Source: Octopus bimaculoides (taxonomy: Eukaryota). Taken from it: DNA of 64,000 nucleotides. Where the stretch lies: NCBI RefSeq assembly GCF_001194135.2, contig NC_068983.1, positions 129,641,420 to 129,705,419 on the forward strand. The letters are read 5' to 3'. Made by a program: the position numbers and the translations under genes. Shown in pieces: positions 24,239-40,043 of this stretch (the first letter of the stretch is position 1; each line of letters opens with the position of its first letter). Below the pieces are notes generated by a model, which saw only the letters and a program-made list of their open reading frames with translations, was not told where the DNA came from and did no database searches.

Positions 24239-26043
24239 ATATATATTCAAATACAGACACAAACACTTATGTATGCTCTATTACTGTACTGATTATTTGG
24301 AAGTTTCTCACCAGCTGCATGAAAATTTTTACAGAAGATTTAATATGTCATTTATAATCCTAGAGATCTACTTCGTGTTTATCCCAATGTTGTTTAAATA
24401 GAACTTCCTACGTCTTCATATTTTATGACCTCAAGCTTTATGATGGGTGTATTGTTGCTGATATTTCTGAAGGTCACCACTTTCAGACTACGGTGATGCC
24501 ATGTACATTTACTTTCTACATTTGTGTTGGAGTTAAGTAGTTAACAGTGCAAGTTCTACCATTTTTTTCAGTTCTCAAATACAATAGCGTCGAGGGTGCA
24601 TGCTTTTGTCGTTACCATTCGAGATTTTATGAGGCATATCTAAGTATGTAAGTAGTAACGTACGTATGAATGTACATACGTACCTATATATGGATATACG
24701 TATGAATGTATACACCAATGCATGTATGTCTGTATCTGTGTCTATACGACAAACCATATATCAATATATATATATATANNNNNNNNNNNNNNNNNNNNNN
24801 NNNNNNNNNNNNNNNNNNNNNNNNNNNNNNNNNNNNNNNNNNNNNNNNNNNNNNNNNNNNNNNNNNNNNNNNNNNNNNNNNNNNNNNNNNNNNNNNNNNN
24901 NNNNNNNNNNNNNNNNNNNNNNNNNNNNNNNNNNNNNNNNNNNNNNNNNNNNNNNNNNNNNNNNNNNNNNNNNNNNNNNNNNNNNNNNNNNNNNNNNNNN
25001 NNNNNNNNNNNNNNNNNNNNNNNNNNNNNNNNNNNNNNNNNNNNNNNNNNNNNNNNNNNNNNNNNNNNNNNNNNNNNNNNNNNNNNNNNNNNNNNNNNNN
25101 NNNNNNNNNNNNNNNNNNNNNNNNNNNNNNNNNNNNNNNNNNNNNNNNNNNNNNNNNNNNNNNNNNNNNNNNNNNNNNNNNNNNNNNNNNNNNNNNNNNN
25201 NNNNNNNNNNNNNNNNNNNNNNNNNNNNNNNNNNNNNNNNNNNNNNNNNNNNNNNNNNNNNNNNNNNNNNNNNNNNNNNNNNNNNNNNNNNNNNNNNNNN
25301 NNNNNNNNNNNNNNNNNNNNNNNNNNNNNNNNNNNNNNNNNNNNNNNNNNNNNNNNNNNNNNNNNNNNNNNNNNNNNNNNNNNNNNNNNNNNNNNNNNNN
25401 NNNNNNNNNNNNNNNNNNNNNNNNNNNNNNNNNNNNNNNNNNNNNNNNNNNNNNNNNNNNNNNNNNTATATATATATATATATATATATATGCGTATGTA
25501 TGTATGTGTGCATGTGTCTATATGTATAAATATATACACATATATGCTAGAATATATATATGAACATCCACCTTCGCACTTGCATATAGGCTACCTCTGT
25601 GTTCTCACGGCACACACACCGCCTGTGCAAAAATCCACGCACACTGTTCAACTCCATAACTGACAATTTATTCTATTAATGCATACATAATTTATTATTT
25701 ATTATTCTAGTAATGCATACTTATTTCATTACTTATTGAATGAAAATTTTTAAATACCCATACAATTTTTTAACACGGAATAGCTATGAGAAGATCCTAG
25801 AAAGTTGGGAATTACTTCTAGAAGAAGAGGAGAAAAAAATTACCGACAAGTAATTTGCACCTTATTCACAGTTTCCAAACACTCTGTACCACTAAGCCAA
25901 TATATACAGAAAGATGTTGCACGAGCGACTTCAACAGTGAGATACTCGCGCACACATACATACACACACACAAATGAAACGCAATAAGCATGTGTGTGTG
26001 TGTGTGTGTGCGTGTGTGTGTGTGTGTGTGTGTATGTGTGTGT

Positions 26044-26080
<37 letters not shown>

Positions 26081-27584
26081 TTTGTTTGTTCGGCTGTCAA
26101 AACACCGTACAGCGTTACTTATGCGAAATCTTTTCACTGAACAGTTTGCAGATTCAAAACGAAGAAAAGATGTTGACACAGATGGAATTTCAATGTTGAA
26201 GTGAAACTGGTATTACTTAAATACATAGGTCCCTTAAGGATACTACGTAAATGTAGGGGCACTACCTTAATACAGATGTTACGTACAAAACTTTCCAATT
26301 GTTCTCTGTGTGGACGTGTGATATAACACCCTAATCCTAACAAACCATTATACTAGCCCTAACCATAAAAAAAAAACTAACACTCCCCTTCATATTATTA
26401 CGTAGATGAATCACGACATCTGTATTTAAAATGTGCTGTGAAGACTTGCAAACATCTACGCTGCAACTGTTTTTTTTCAGCACAGGGTCTCACAGCAAAT
26501 TACTTGCTATGCAACTATATGTCTGTAATTTTTGTTTTATTCACTGTGGATACGTGCCAGTAATGACCTTCTCAGTCTCTCCAATATTTTAACTTTTAAA
26601 CAGAAACAATCTGGAGCATAAAATTCATAATTTCGAGGGACAGGATGGAAATATTGTAAAACATCAATACATGCGAGAGTGATAATGAAACGAGGAGGGT
26701 TGTCTTTGGATATGCTGGAAACAATAAGCATATCACTCTCAAATCACTCACTTTTCCCTCTGAAAATATAAATTTTTTTTTTTTACTTTTACCGAAAATC
26801 TTCTTCCATGGTTTTGAGGTGCAAAAAAAAAAAAAAAAAGCATTGCCAAAAGCGCTCTGGAGTAAGATGACCAGGGAGGGGATGATAAATAAAAGGGTGT
26901 TTACAAGACTTTTTCATACAAAGATGTCACCCCACCCAACATCATCATTTTGGAGACTGTTGAGTAAATAAAATTAGGAAAATCTCTGAAAACATTTTCC
27001 TCACAAATTTATTTATAATCGTAATCTATGCCGTTTCAAAGGGATTTGTATAAATTTTCAATAAACGATATCCGTCTTCCAGAAATTTCCAAGGGGAAAT
27101 TGTCAGACCGTGTGAAGTTTCCAAAACTCGTCTCGAAAGAATCCTTTCTCATACATCTCTCTATACTCTGAAGCCACGACATCTACGCGGTACTTAATAG
27201 CAGGGATTGTAGGAGAACTTAGAATGATGAAAAAAAGAAACTGAAGCTTATTTAATTATGATCCCTGGCTTACCATCCATGCAAGAAGTGCAAAAGATTT
27301 TCTTAAAATATTGATAAGAGCATTGTCGCTGGAAATCCTCTTACCTTTTCCTCCCTTTATTTTATTTGTTTACTTTTCTATTTCCTATTTTTTTAAATTT
27401 TTCCCTCTGTCTTCTCCTTTTTCTCTGTCACATGACTCACTAAATGAACACTCTGGCTTGCTAGTTTCAATGGCCTACCAACGTATACAGTATCTATTTC
27501 TGCCCTAGTTGTCAGGAAGACAGTCGGCAAGAAATGGAAACAGGATTGAAAGGTGCTAATCAAAATAATACTAACAATAAAACT

Positions 27585-28270
<686 letters not shown>

Positions 28271-28899
28271 ACATTGGAAGTTTTCACAAACACAAAAACA
28301 ACGAACACCGGCAACTAAAACGACAGCAAATCAACACAGGAATGAAACACAATCTGAAAAAGCACACACTCCACACGTTATTTGTGGCTACACAACATTA
28401 CCTAGCTAGCGACAAAGAAAACAGCCATGACAGCACTGTCACCGTAGCTACGGAAGTAAGGACAAAAGCAACGTTCTCTTTTTTTTTTTTTTTTCATATA
28501 CCGAAACTATCCACTGAATAAGAATACGAGTGAGCACTGAATACGCTGAGAACTCATTCGGTATGATAGAAAGTGCAGTTAAATCACCTTTAAATTGCTC
28601 CTAGCATCTTAGAGAAAGGATACATCGAACAAAGTATGTATACAATCTGTCGACGTGAACAGCCCATATAATTACTGCAATATTCTGCCCTGCATAGGCC
28701 AGTGTGATATCTGTGAAATTGGCGTCCTTATGCTCCGGCCGCCCACCAATATAGGGCTGGTGTTGTATTTGCGGTGACCCTTTACGTGAAAGTCTCAAAT
28801 CAACACACTCAGGGAGCAAATACTGTATATAATTATTCCATTCGTCACTGTGGTGATAACTACTTCTAATCCAAGACAACAGATCTCCCATGTCCGGCA

Positions 28900-30670
28900 G
28901 GGAACCCTCAGAGTGCAATAGTGTGGAAGGTGAGACACTGCTCGGTTGTCGTCCTTTTACTGTTCAAAATATGCAATGTGCTCACGAACGCAAGTGGTCA
29001 GTGGGTATGAGCAAAAAGATACCTAAGCACCATGAATACGACTTGGTAGACAATTGCAATGTCGAATGTAAACCTGTCAGAAAAAAAGATCATCAGGTAT
29101 TTGCATCCAGTTGGATATTTTCTAGATTATTTAAAATGGGCTCCCTAATGAAGAAAGAATGATTCAGCATAGAGGCCTTTTAAATGAAATCCAAATTCAG
29201 ACAATCAACAGAAATCTCTTTCGGAGGATGCTATAGGTGAAAATCAACGAATGAATAGTCAAGGTAACTTTGTAGTAGAGGAGAGGCTAACCAATCAATA
29301 GAAGGTGGAGAACACTGTATAATGAGTAGTTATGACTGAGGAACAGAGAGACCTACTGATAAGTCTCGAGAATAAAATGTCTACAGATACAGAAACCGAT
29401 TTGAGATGCTATGACAGTGACAATATGAAACGCGTAACCCAAAAGTGCATTTCAACAAACAATCAATCGAAACAAGGTACTTTATTAGATCCGCTTCTGT
29501 TTTAGGAGTTTAAATAGTTGGAAAGAAGAGAAGAAAGCAGGTGAAGGAAGGAACATTTGTAGCAGCTGAGAATTAAAGGTTATATAAAAACTTTCGTAAA
29601 GATCCGACTCGCATAGAAGAATTGTCCCAAAAGGCAATGGCAGCATTCTAAAGAAAGTGTAAAGGAATATCTTTAAACAGAACACCAAATAAAAAGGATA
29701 TGGCTCAAAACTTTTATAGCAACGCTAAAAGATTTTTTTTCGTGTAAAAACATTGAAGGGGCAATGCTAGACTGATTGCACATCATAGTTCCAGCAAAAC
29801 AAGTTATTTACAAATAACCAGAGCCATTTTTTAAAGAGCTTTGTGAGAGATACAGAATATAATATACCTCTGGCAGCCGAGGAAATTCCAACAAATTTGG
29901 AATAACAGATGGTGGGGAAATGTTTCCAGCAACTATAGTGCTGAGTGCTTTCACTCCGCGATATCCGACCTCCATCAACCCGTGGCTCCACGGCAGGAAC
30001 ATATGCGCATAATAATGGATGATGTAATTGCACAGATATCAAAAGTGCCAATGTGAAAAGCGACAGCACCATACGGAATTCAAGGCTCACCTGGTTTAGT
30101 TAAACACAAAGGAATTACTTTGCAATTAGACTATTGCCTAGAATCTGGACCACTTCCAAAATGGATTGTAGAAGGAAATACAACATTGTTGATGAAATAT
30201 TGGTCAATGGGCAATGAGGTAGGCAATTACCAGCTCATCGCACGTCTTAACGTCTTAGTGTTACTATGAATCCGCGTAGGGAAAATATATTCGTTCCTTG
30301 CAGAAATCATTATACTTCCGCTAGAAGAAAAGAGGGATGCCGTAAAAGAATCAAGGGCACCAAGGACCAACTTGATATAGACAAGGTTGTAATGTAGAAC
30401 TCTAAACGGTACCAAACACTCTTCTACATGATCTGGATAGACACTCAAAACTCTTACGGCCTGTTGCCACATTTGTGGATTCTGTAAAGACTGGGCAAGT
30501 GTGAAGTAGCTGAGAACGTGAGTGCACTGAATAGGAAAACCTTACTTATTGGAAAACACGTATTTTTTTAACAACCAGCACTTACCCAAGATTACAATCA
30601 AAATAGGCATCTTCCAGGGAGATTATTGTTCACATGTGTTATTTGCTATAGCCTTGATTGAAATCTCAGT
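28900..30670 (+). mobile_element. Highly decayed R4/Dong-like non-LTR retrotransposon (N-terminus through RT motif 4)
   Basis: Colinear motifs across stops and frameshifts: RKWSVGMSK; QQNKLFTNNQSHF; IMDDVIAQISKVPM*KATAPYGIQG; GNEVGNYQLIARL; GCRKRIKGTKDQLDIDKVV; MIWIDTQNSYGLLPH; IGIFQGDYCSHVLFAIALI. The RT identification is solid; the clade assignment is from recalled family patterns. Confidence 0.85.
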
Positions 30671-31179
30671 AGTTTTACATAAATCAACACGTACAGTCGC
30701 ATCTTGACTACCAGCCCTATACAGATACTGATTTGATACAATCACAGTTGTTTGTGACTCGGTAATGAATGAAATGTCAAATAAATGCTACCTTCGCAAC
30801 TGTGTTAATGATGACGACTCTCTAAGCAAACGTATCTTCCAAATTAAGTGTCTCGCTATGCAGTAGAACGGGCATGGTCGTTTTTCTACTACTGCTACAA
30901 GGTTTAGGAGTAGATTGTTTAGAAATGATAATACACCTACCACGGAATGTAATAAATAAATTTAAAGGAAATAATTACACCTGTGATCATAACAAATTGC
31001 GTTTATGGAAGAATATAGGATGAAAGAGCTTACAACTATTAAATCATGCACAAATTAGAGAAAGAACTTACCTTTGATGGGAATCGAAAAAACAAAACGT
31101 ACTTAAATTCGCAAAGAACCTGGAGAAGCTCTTAACTAAAGTATTTTCAAATTATAACACATGTAAACGACTTCATGTT

Positions 31180-31650
31180 GCAGTAGGAATTCCTCGGCTG
31201 AAAAGTCAAGGAAGAACAATGAAGAAAAGACTTGTTGAAAATGGAGATATTTGATTCAAGTGGACATTTTAATACAGATCTTGAAAAAACCAATTAAGTA
31301 ATTCAAAAGAAGGTAGTGAAAGGCAGACATTAGAAGAATGAGCTACAAAGAAAGTACATTAGTGGAGAGGATTATAACTAGCTATAGAAATGACGTGTGA
31401 AAAATGAAGGCGCTATCAGATAAAAAGGAAAAAAAAACATTATCAGCAGAACTGGCTCTTTAGAAAGAGTGGAAGTAAAATATGCCAAGTTGAAACAAGG
31501 AGCATTAAAATCAAATGATGGCGTACCAAATGCTGACACAGCAGGGAATATCTGGTGAAATATTTTGAGCAAAGAGGTTCATTAAAACAGTGAAATACGC
31601 TGCTTTCAGAAAGTTCAAAAAGAAATGGAGAAAGACCCCAAAAAAGCGAA
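31180..31650 (+). mobile_element. Separate R4/Dong-like fragment (pre-RT region)
   Basis: KKHYQQNWLFRK and GVPNADTAGNIW*NILSKEVH*N correspond to the YQQNRLF and PxAEE..FW..IW motifs also seen at 29.8 kb and 41.2 kb. Confidence 0.65.
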
Positions 31651-31744
31651 TATAAGCGTTGGATTCAAAGTTAGCCATTTCGACAGCAATGTTTGGAAAA
31701 ATGTAAGTTGATTACATCAACCTCAGCGCTCATCTGGATCCTAT

Positions 31745-31815
31745 TTGATAGGCCCCGAAAGGGTGAATGGTAAATTTTACCTCGGCAGAATTTGAATTCA
31801 GATCATAAGGACGAA
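31745..31815 (-). mobile_element. Partial copy of the 23.1-kb SINE
   Basis: ccccgaaagggtgaatggtaaattttacctcggcagaatttgaattcaga aligns to the reverse complement of ~23130-23185. Confidence 0.75.
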
Positions 31816-33859
31816 CTGCCTTTAAACATGCAGCCCAGCAGCTAAATATTTTACCTGCTCACCACCTTCACAAATGAGTATAAATATTACACGTGAGGAA
31901 GTGAATAAGCTGCTGAATAAAGCACATAATTTAGTAACCATTGAAGCATATGCACCGATACCGACTTTAAATAACACCCGCCCATGCACATAACTGCTTC
32001 TCACAAAATATTTAAAAATATTAAAAACTATTATTGATGAGAAAAAAACTGACAGCTGTAATGCAGGACCGAAAACAGGCAGAAGTTAGTAATTATACAC
32101 CTACTACATATTTAACAATTTTAAACAGGCTGTATCCCACTTCTACTGTATAGTATTCTGAAAGAAGAGTATCTGCTACACGCGGTGCATAAGGATTGCA
32201 AAAGGAACCGAAGATGAACTGCCGATGTGTTGTATATTCATAGCATTATATAAGGTGAGATGAAACGCCGAACGAATCCACGTAAATTGCTTTTTAGCTA
32301 GACTATAAGACATCTTACCATAATATTCTGCACTGATAGTTGTAGAGTTAAGGAAAATATTAGATGCTTTTAATTTTTTTTTTTCTAAATTTTTCATTTT
32401 TTTTTTAGAAAAGGCAATAACGTGATGATTAGTAGAACATACAAAAAATGTGACATTAGGTAACGTTAACGATCGCAGAAACCACTCTAGTCAATCACTG
32501 AATCTCCATTGCATTTCGCTTACATATCCCTTCGATAAATATACAGGAGAAAATCCAGGCCTGATTCCCAGATCTAGGGCGAGGATAATCCATTTGCTAC
32601 GTATGGAAACCTCGAAATATATGCAAAGAAATTAAAAGAACATTATTCTCTTCTTCAAGCAATCAAATTCTTTAGCAAACATTTTGCTATGGTGTTAAAG
32701 GTATATATATTTGAGGAATAAATTTGAACGTATCTAAATGAGGAAATCGGATGACATAAAAATACCAAAATTTTGTTTTTTAACCGCTGAAAATTAATGA
32801 CCCATACAAGTACATACATTTGTTATACAACGACAGGGTAACAGAAAGAGAAGAGAGAAAATCACTAAAGGAGTATATGCACCCAACAAAACAAAACAGA
32901 GGAAATGTATGAAAATCATGAATACTGGGATCATACCAGTTGCTCTTTTCCATTTCAAAACTGAGCGAAGAAAGAGCTCTAAGGATTAGATATAAGTTGG
33001 GAATGTACTCCCAATCTATATTTACCAACCTAAAAATAATATAAGTACCAAGAAAGCGACTTGTAGAATGCAGAAACCATCACCATTGAAGCACCAGTAT
33101 CTTGTTTTAAATTATAGCGAACGTAGTGAGTAAGGTATACTATCTACAACTAGATATATCCAAAACGTTAATACAACAATAGAATGATTAACTTCCAGAA
33201 AGTAGACCAACAGAACAAATAGTTGGAAACAGATAGACTTACATGACACTTTCATTTATAAAAACAGCGACGTATTTTGGAAGTAAAGGAAGTAAAGAAT
33301 TACTTATTATGATAACTCATGTGTATATCAATAGAATGACTTTGATATAGGGTTATATTGATAATCTTGAGAGTGTAAAGAGAAAAATCTGTGGAGAAAA
33401 GATTAAGGTATTAAGCTTATATAGTTAATACATTTAGATAGCAAAAAAAAAAAAAAGAAGTATAAGCATCAGCATGAAGCCTACCTTAGAATGTCAGCTA
33501 AGTCTGTCTTTTTTTTTTTTTAAGTGACAGTAAAAGTTATGAATATGATCTAGATGCTCTGATAGTTCATAAAATTACAGTACTTATGAGATTTCTCTAT
33601 TAATATTTTCCCTACTATTGAAGCAATTCAACTAAGCATGATTGCAGAGAAGAATCTCAATGAAACTGTTAGGTCAAAGATTAAAAAGAAAATCGCTGTC
33701 ATTATAAAGTGTAAAGAACTTCAGAAATATGTCACTCTGTATTCTGGATGAATCCTTAGAAAAGTGTTTTTCTTTTTTTCTTAATCTGAGGACACCATTT
33801 GTCACCAAACCTCAAAGCAACATCAGTGCTGGCTAGAGTAGTATATGATAGAATTATTA

Positions 33860-34040
33860 TACTACTGCAGCTGTTGCTGCTACAGCTATTGCTACTGCTC
33901 CTAATGTCGATGACGACGACGGCGATGATGATGATGATGATGATGATGGTGATGGAGTCCGTGGTGGTGGTGGTGATAGAGGTAGTGGAGTAGGCGGCGA
34001 TGGTGGTGGTGATGGTAGTGGTGATGGTAGCGGTGGTGTT
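33860..34040. repeat. Cryptic trinucleotide repeat (GCT/GAT/GGT)
   Basis: Visible directly in the sequence. Confidence 0.9.
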
Positions 34041-35727
34041 GCAATTAACTTGTAACAAGGCGCCATTCATACATAAAATATCAGACAAATACATACAAAA
34101 TTGACAACGATGACCAACACAAAATTAAGTGTTTCAAAGAACAGCATATTGACGTTACACTTTGTATTATACATTTTCTCATATATTTTCAATACATAAC
34201 ACAATTAAAAGAATATATGCATACATATGTAATATATTACAACTTCAAGATCAAAATATGTTATGTCATGTGTTCATCATATTCAGGTCCCCTGAACTAT
34301 AAGAATATCAGAACACGTAAGATTGTTCTCGTGTTTCGGTGAATGTTGCCAGTTTTATTTGTTACGTGTGTCTTCTTCTCAAGAACATTAACCGTGATGC
34401 ATTTGCCACGCAATGTCAGAGATATATTGACTTTTTTTTTAAATCATGTGTCAGTTTAACGGCTGTTTTAAGAAATAACTTAAACTAATACTGGAAGTTG
34501 AAGTTGTTACATTAACAAGGCAGTTTGAGGTAGAGGAATTTCGAGTGTCTGAAAGTTCTCAGCTGGTTATAATTTCCTTGTCCATTAAATAGTCGTGAAA
34601 GTATCATTACTCCAACCGTTGCTCAAGCGTATGAACATTTTATTGCAGTTTATAAAGGGTTAGCTAAAAAGGTCAAGTTAAAGAGTCATTTTTGTTTGAT
34701 ATTTTGGCTTAAGGAGCCAACTCCTACTCAGCGTTTGGCTTTCTCCTTGGCATCAGCCATTCATTTCAAAGATAACATCCATTTCTCCATAAGACATTGT
34801 GGCCCTAGAAATGATTATGTGCCCCAACTTTTCCTTTGTGGTTACATCATCAGAAACTAAGATAAAATATGATGTAGTGGATGTTAATTTAAGTGTAGAC
34901 GATAATTTAAAGGGATTCATAGCTCGATATAGTGACGCAACAATGTTCTGTAACATGAATATGGGATATATCTGGAGTTATTGCCATGCACATTAACAAT
35001 ATTTCTTAAATAAATATATAAGCAATACGTTCCAAAGTAACTCTTAAAGTTGTAATATATATTGCAGTATATGACAAGAAATATCAAGGTATTTGAAAAT
35101 AGATATATTATTTCATAAACCGCTCAGCAAATGATCGGGATTTTATTTGCAGGATCAGCATCATAGATGCTATGTTTATACAAATATTGTGAATTATGCC
35201 AAAGTACTAATGAAGGAAGTTACAACTTGAATAAATATATGTCTAGTTATTGTATATGATGTGACAGAAAAGAATTAACAGGCCTCATACTTCTGAGATA
35301 TATTAATCCTGGTTAGAATATGAAGAAAATATAAATCGCCAAAGCTAAAGTGATTAATCTGGATAGCAATATTTGAAGATAAAGCTTTAGTGTTATTTAT
35401 TCTAATCATGTATTCGTGTAGCAAACATCTAATTATAACCTAGCATAATGATTGTACTGATTAAACAGATTGTAATTATCGGAAATATATATCATTTATT
35501 AAATTGCAATGAACAGAGCAACTATCCACACACATATAAACACACACATGCACAGACACACATACACACATATATATATATGTGTATAGATACATATACA
35601 TAATATGTGTATATATACTTCTACATACACATATGTTAGCGAGTATGCGAAAGAGGAGGATAGACAGGGAGAGCATGTGAGTGAAAGAGGGGAAAGAGAG
35701 AGGGGGGAGAGAATGCGTGTGTATGTG

Positions 35728-35762
<35 letters not shown>

Positions 35763-37740
35763 TGGTTTTCCGCTCCATTAGCAGTCGGAGAGATTATATA
35801 GCTTCTGGTAATGACGCAAATTAAAGGGAAGTACTTAAGCACGACAACAGTTTTCGCATATAAGGAAAGATGAGGAAATGTTTGCTTCATTCAGCTGATT
35901 TATTTCAGAGATATTCTACTGAATTCAATCTTAAAGTGTTCATGTCGTGAAGCCCCAAAGGGTGTCAACATTGTACAAATGTACTTACTATTTGAAAATG
36001 CCATATGGATTTAAAGCGTTTCGAAAGCTTAACGTTGACTGACAGTCTACCATTTCGAATCATGAATAACCTCTGAATTATAAGATATTCCAAGACGCAC
36101 TCAAACAAGTAAAACATCTCAGTAATGATTATTTCGCATGCATTTGAGTATTTCTGAACATATTTCATAAAGTCCAAGAATAACATATCTGCACTCCACA
36201 TAGCACAAATCAGGATGAGCTTTCTCTTCTAAATTAAAACAAAAATATGTGTATCATGCGGATTTCTTGATCGAATATATAAACACCGGAATCAAGCAGA
36301 AATATAAAAAAAATTTCCATAGCCTGTTTTTACTATTATGCACACCAGGAAATATTCAATATTTGATGATATCATCAATTTTTTCACCTATATTACTGCC
36401 TTTAATAAGGACGATGATACAGATCTTGGACACTACAAAACCTATCGAATTCAACACTTGCTGGAATAAATGCTTAAGAGAATCCTGCCTGAGTAAATTA
36501 TCGGTGAAAAATCTACAGTAATCCATGTGTGAGCAACTTAATCGCTTGCATATTGTACATTTAAATATGTTAAATGAGACATGGGTATTCTTTGGAAAAA
36601 TGTTTGCCAAACATTGCTGTCCACAACTGTTGCTCTAATCAAGTGCTTTTTGAAGGTGAAATTGAATGATAAAGCGTTGTTCCTTCATCCATATGAGTTC
36701 GAGTTCGAATAAATCAAGGATAGTGAATAATTCTTTTTGGTTTCTTTATCAGTTACTCCTCTATACAATATGGACACCCTTCCCTCTAGAGACTAGATAT
36801 GACAACTCATCGACAGCAATGTATTCAACGCTGGCTTAATCGTACAAGTTGAAATCTGACAGTTACTTCTGTGCAAAATTAGACTTGATGAGTCTAATTA
36901 TAGCACGTATTAATATAACTCGTCATTAAAATACTTACTATGAAATATGAACCTCAATGAGCTGTTCTTTTTGAAGACATGCTTGAATATTTTCATCACT
37001 GCACCTGGACGAAAGATGTATTACGCTACGAAGAGGAACAATAGCAGTTGTTCGCAGAGAGGACAAATGAAATGATTCAAAATGTACATAAAATTAATTT
37101 AAAGGTATACACGTGACACTTTTCTGTAACAGGAGCTGTCGATCCTGTATCAGTATATATAGTCACTTGCAATCATAGAGGTTCTATAGTTTTCAATCTA
37201 GACGTGTATGTATTTAGTACAGGATTGTTTCTCAATACAAGTGCATGCTATACGTTGTGTTTCAAAAACGTATTCACCTTTCGAGTGAACATTTATATAT
37301 GACCTCTAAGGATGAGAACAGTTCCTTATATTTTTATATATTCATCTTTCATTATGCATCTGCAAAAAATATCACGGATGCAAGAAGACAAGTTGCTATT
37401 AGTTATTTCAATCATTGGATGTGAATGTTTTATATTTTACGTTACTGTCTGCAGGAAATGAAATCCCCATTAAAATGTGCATAGTGGTGTAGAAACTACA
37501 TATACTACAATGTTCATTTTCGACAAGGTAAAACACTTCTTTTTTCTTTATTTTTTTATTCAGATCTATTGTACATTTGCCCCGAGTATCCAATTAAACA
37601 TACAGAGTAGTTCAAAATTCATATTATTTCTCCTATCGATTCATTGTATTACTAATATGAAGTTACTCCAGTATATATCCAAAATAGATTTCTTTGTGTT
37701 TTGCAGCATTTAATTTTCCATTTATAACTTCTTTTATTCA

Positions 37741-37802
37741 GAAGAAGAAAAAGAAGAAGAAGAAGAGGAGGAGGAGAAGACGAAAAAGAAGAAGGAGAAG
37801 AA

Positions 37803-37833
<31 letters not shown>

Positions 37834-38119
37834 AAGAAGAAGAAGAAGAAGAAGAAGAGCGAGAAGAAGAAGAAGCAGAGCGAGAAGAAGAAGAAGAAGA
37901 AGAAGAAGAAGAAGAGGGAGAAGAAGAAGAAGAAGAAGAAGAAGAAGAAGAAGAAGGCGGAGAAGAAGAAGAAGAAGAAGAAGAAGAAGAGGGAGAAGAA
38001 GAAGAAGAAGAAGAAGAAGAAGAAGAAGAAGAAGAAGCAGAGCGAGAAGAAGAAGAAAAAAAGAAGAAGAAGAAGAAGAAGAAGAAGAAGAAGAAGAAGA
38101 AGAAGAAGAAGAAGAAGAA
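37741..38119. repeat. (GAA)n microsatellite, tract 1
   Basis: Visible directly. It ends gaagaagaattgagagaagatg, like tract 2. Confidence 0.97.
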
Positions 38120-38164
38120 TTGAGAGAAGATGATAATGAAAATAATAATTTTAATAATAATATT

Positions 38165-38368
38165 AGTGATCCCATTTTTTAGTGGGATAGGCTACATGAC
38201 TAGAAAGAAATCTAACTTAGTCACACCTGCAAGGGCATGGAACGTTTATCTTGATATTCAATCACCATGTCGCGCACATATGAATGTGGTGCATGTACTA
38301 GTGTACAATTATGAGACTGGGATTCAAGATGGTTATGCTGAGTTTCGTATATGTTCATCCTTGTCACT
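38165..38368 (+). mobile_element. Retroposon 3' end, truncated and fused to an internal LINE fragment
   Basis: Homologous to 39630-39830 and 14920-15066. It breaks off at gtcactt, immediately before the LINE sequence. Confidence 0.75.
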
Positions 38369-38370
38369 TC

Positions 38371-39240
38371 GAAGGAAATCTCTGCGCCAGACAGAAAAGA
38401 GAAAGGGGAGCTCAAAAGCGAACAGAAATACAGGGTGCTGAAAAGGAAGCGTACTATTGAAAGAAAGGACCTGGAAGTAGTAGTGGAGGAACTGAAACAG
38501 TCCCACGTGGCATAGAAAGCAAAGATTGTAAGATAGGACCAAAGAATGAAGGTTACAACCAGAATAGTTTATTCAGAGTAGATCAGAAGCGAGTCTATAG
38601 AAAAAATTCATGGAGAGTGTACAGATGAAAAGTCGATACCAGATAACATTGAAAGTCAAAGGTTTCGAATGACATCTAGAGCAAAGAAACGGAGGACAAA
38701 GAGGATGCTTAATGGTTGCAGGAACAGAAACAAACTGTAGTCTGTCCAAAAGAGGCAGAACTAGTCATTTCAGTGAAGGAAGTGAAGGGAATCAGCAAAA
38801 AAATGAGCTTCTGGAGGACCCCGGGACCAGATGGAATTCAAGGCTACGGGATCAGCAGATTTGGTGAATGTCATGCACGAATAGTTGCGCAACTCAACAC
38901 CTTGTTAAATGCCGACCAAGTAATACCAGATAGGTTGCCACTGGGAAGGACAGTGATGTGCCTGAAAAACACCGTAAAAGCCAATAAGTTAGACAATTAC
39001 AGGCCGATATCCTGTTTGCCATTTATGTGGAAGTTATTGACTGGAATAGTCGCAGAGTCAATATACAAACATCTGGAAAAAAATGAAGTCCTACCACATG
39101 AGCAGAAGCGTTGCAAGGGAAGACTAGATGTACCAATGATCAAGTCTTGATAGACAGAACTGTACTGAGAGACTGCAAGAGGAAAAAGTAACTTAGCCAT
39201 GTTATGGATGGGCTAAATTAAGGCATACGATATGATCCCA
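38371..39240 (+). pseudogene. R4/Dong-like reverse transcriptase fragment, copy A
   Basis: WRTPGPDGIQG; GRTVMCLK; [39 protein letters not shown]; AYDMIP*. Overlaps track ORF 38716-39150. Confidence 0.92.
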
Positions 39241-39300
39241 TAGACAGAATATCACCAATCTACAACATAACGTTAATTGTTACTGTGCGACGTTTTCAAT

Positions 39301-39439
39301 AGGAGAAGAAAAAAAAGAAAAGCAGAAGATGAGGAGGAGAAGAAGAAGAAGAAGAAGAAGAAGAAGAAAGAAGAAGAAGAAGAAGAAGAAGAAGAAGAAG
39401 AAGAAGAAGAAAGAATAATAATAATAATAATAATAATAA

Positions 39440-39470
<31 letters not shown>

Positions 39471-39578
39471 AAGAAGAATAAGGAGAAGAAGAAAAAGAAG
39501 AAGAAGAAGAAGAAGAAGAAGAAGAAGAAGAAGAAGAAGAAGAAGAAGAAGAAGAAGAAGAAGAAGAAGAAGAAGAAT
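39301..39578. repeat. (GAA)n/(AAT)n microsatellite, tract 2
   Basis: Visible directly in the sequence. Confidence 0.97.
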
Positions 39579-39629
39579 TGAGAGAAGATGCCAATGAAAA
39601 TAATAATTCTAATAATGATATTAAAGATC

Positions 39630-39981
39630 GAATTTTTGAATGGGATAGGCTACTTGGCCACAAAAAAAAAAAAATTCACTTCACCCCACATGCAAGGTCA
39701 TGTAATGTTTATCTGGATATTCAATCACCATATCGCGGACAAATGAGTGTGGCGCTTGTGCTAACTTACACTTATCAGACTGCGAGTCCAGATAGATATG
39801 CTGGGTTTCGTATTTTTTTATCCGTGTCAATACGATAGCATGCATTGCTCTCTCATTCCTAATAATGATAATTCTAATAATAATAATAATTTATCATTAT
39901 TAGTAATATTATTATTATTATTATCTGTATCATTATTATTATCATTATTACCATTATTATCATTATTATTAATATTATTAC

Positions 39982-40043
<62 letters not shown>

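Noticed and set aside
29767-30090. Minus-strand 107-aa ORF with a signal-peptide-like start
   Set aside because: It is the antisense shadow of the plus-strand LINE pre-RT region.
35965-36610. Several 78-90-aa ORFs on both strands
   Set aside because: No recognisable motif or consistent splice structure; lengths are within chance expectation.
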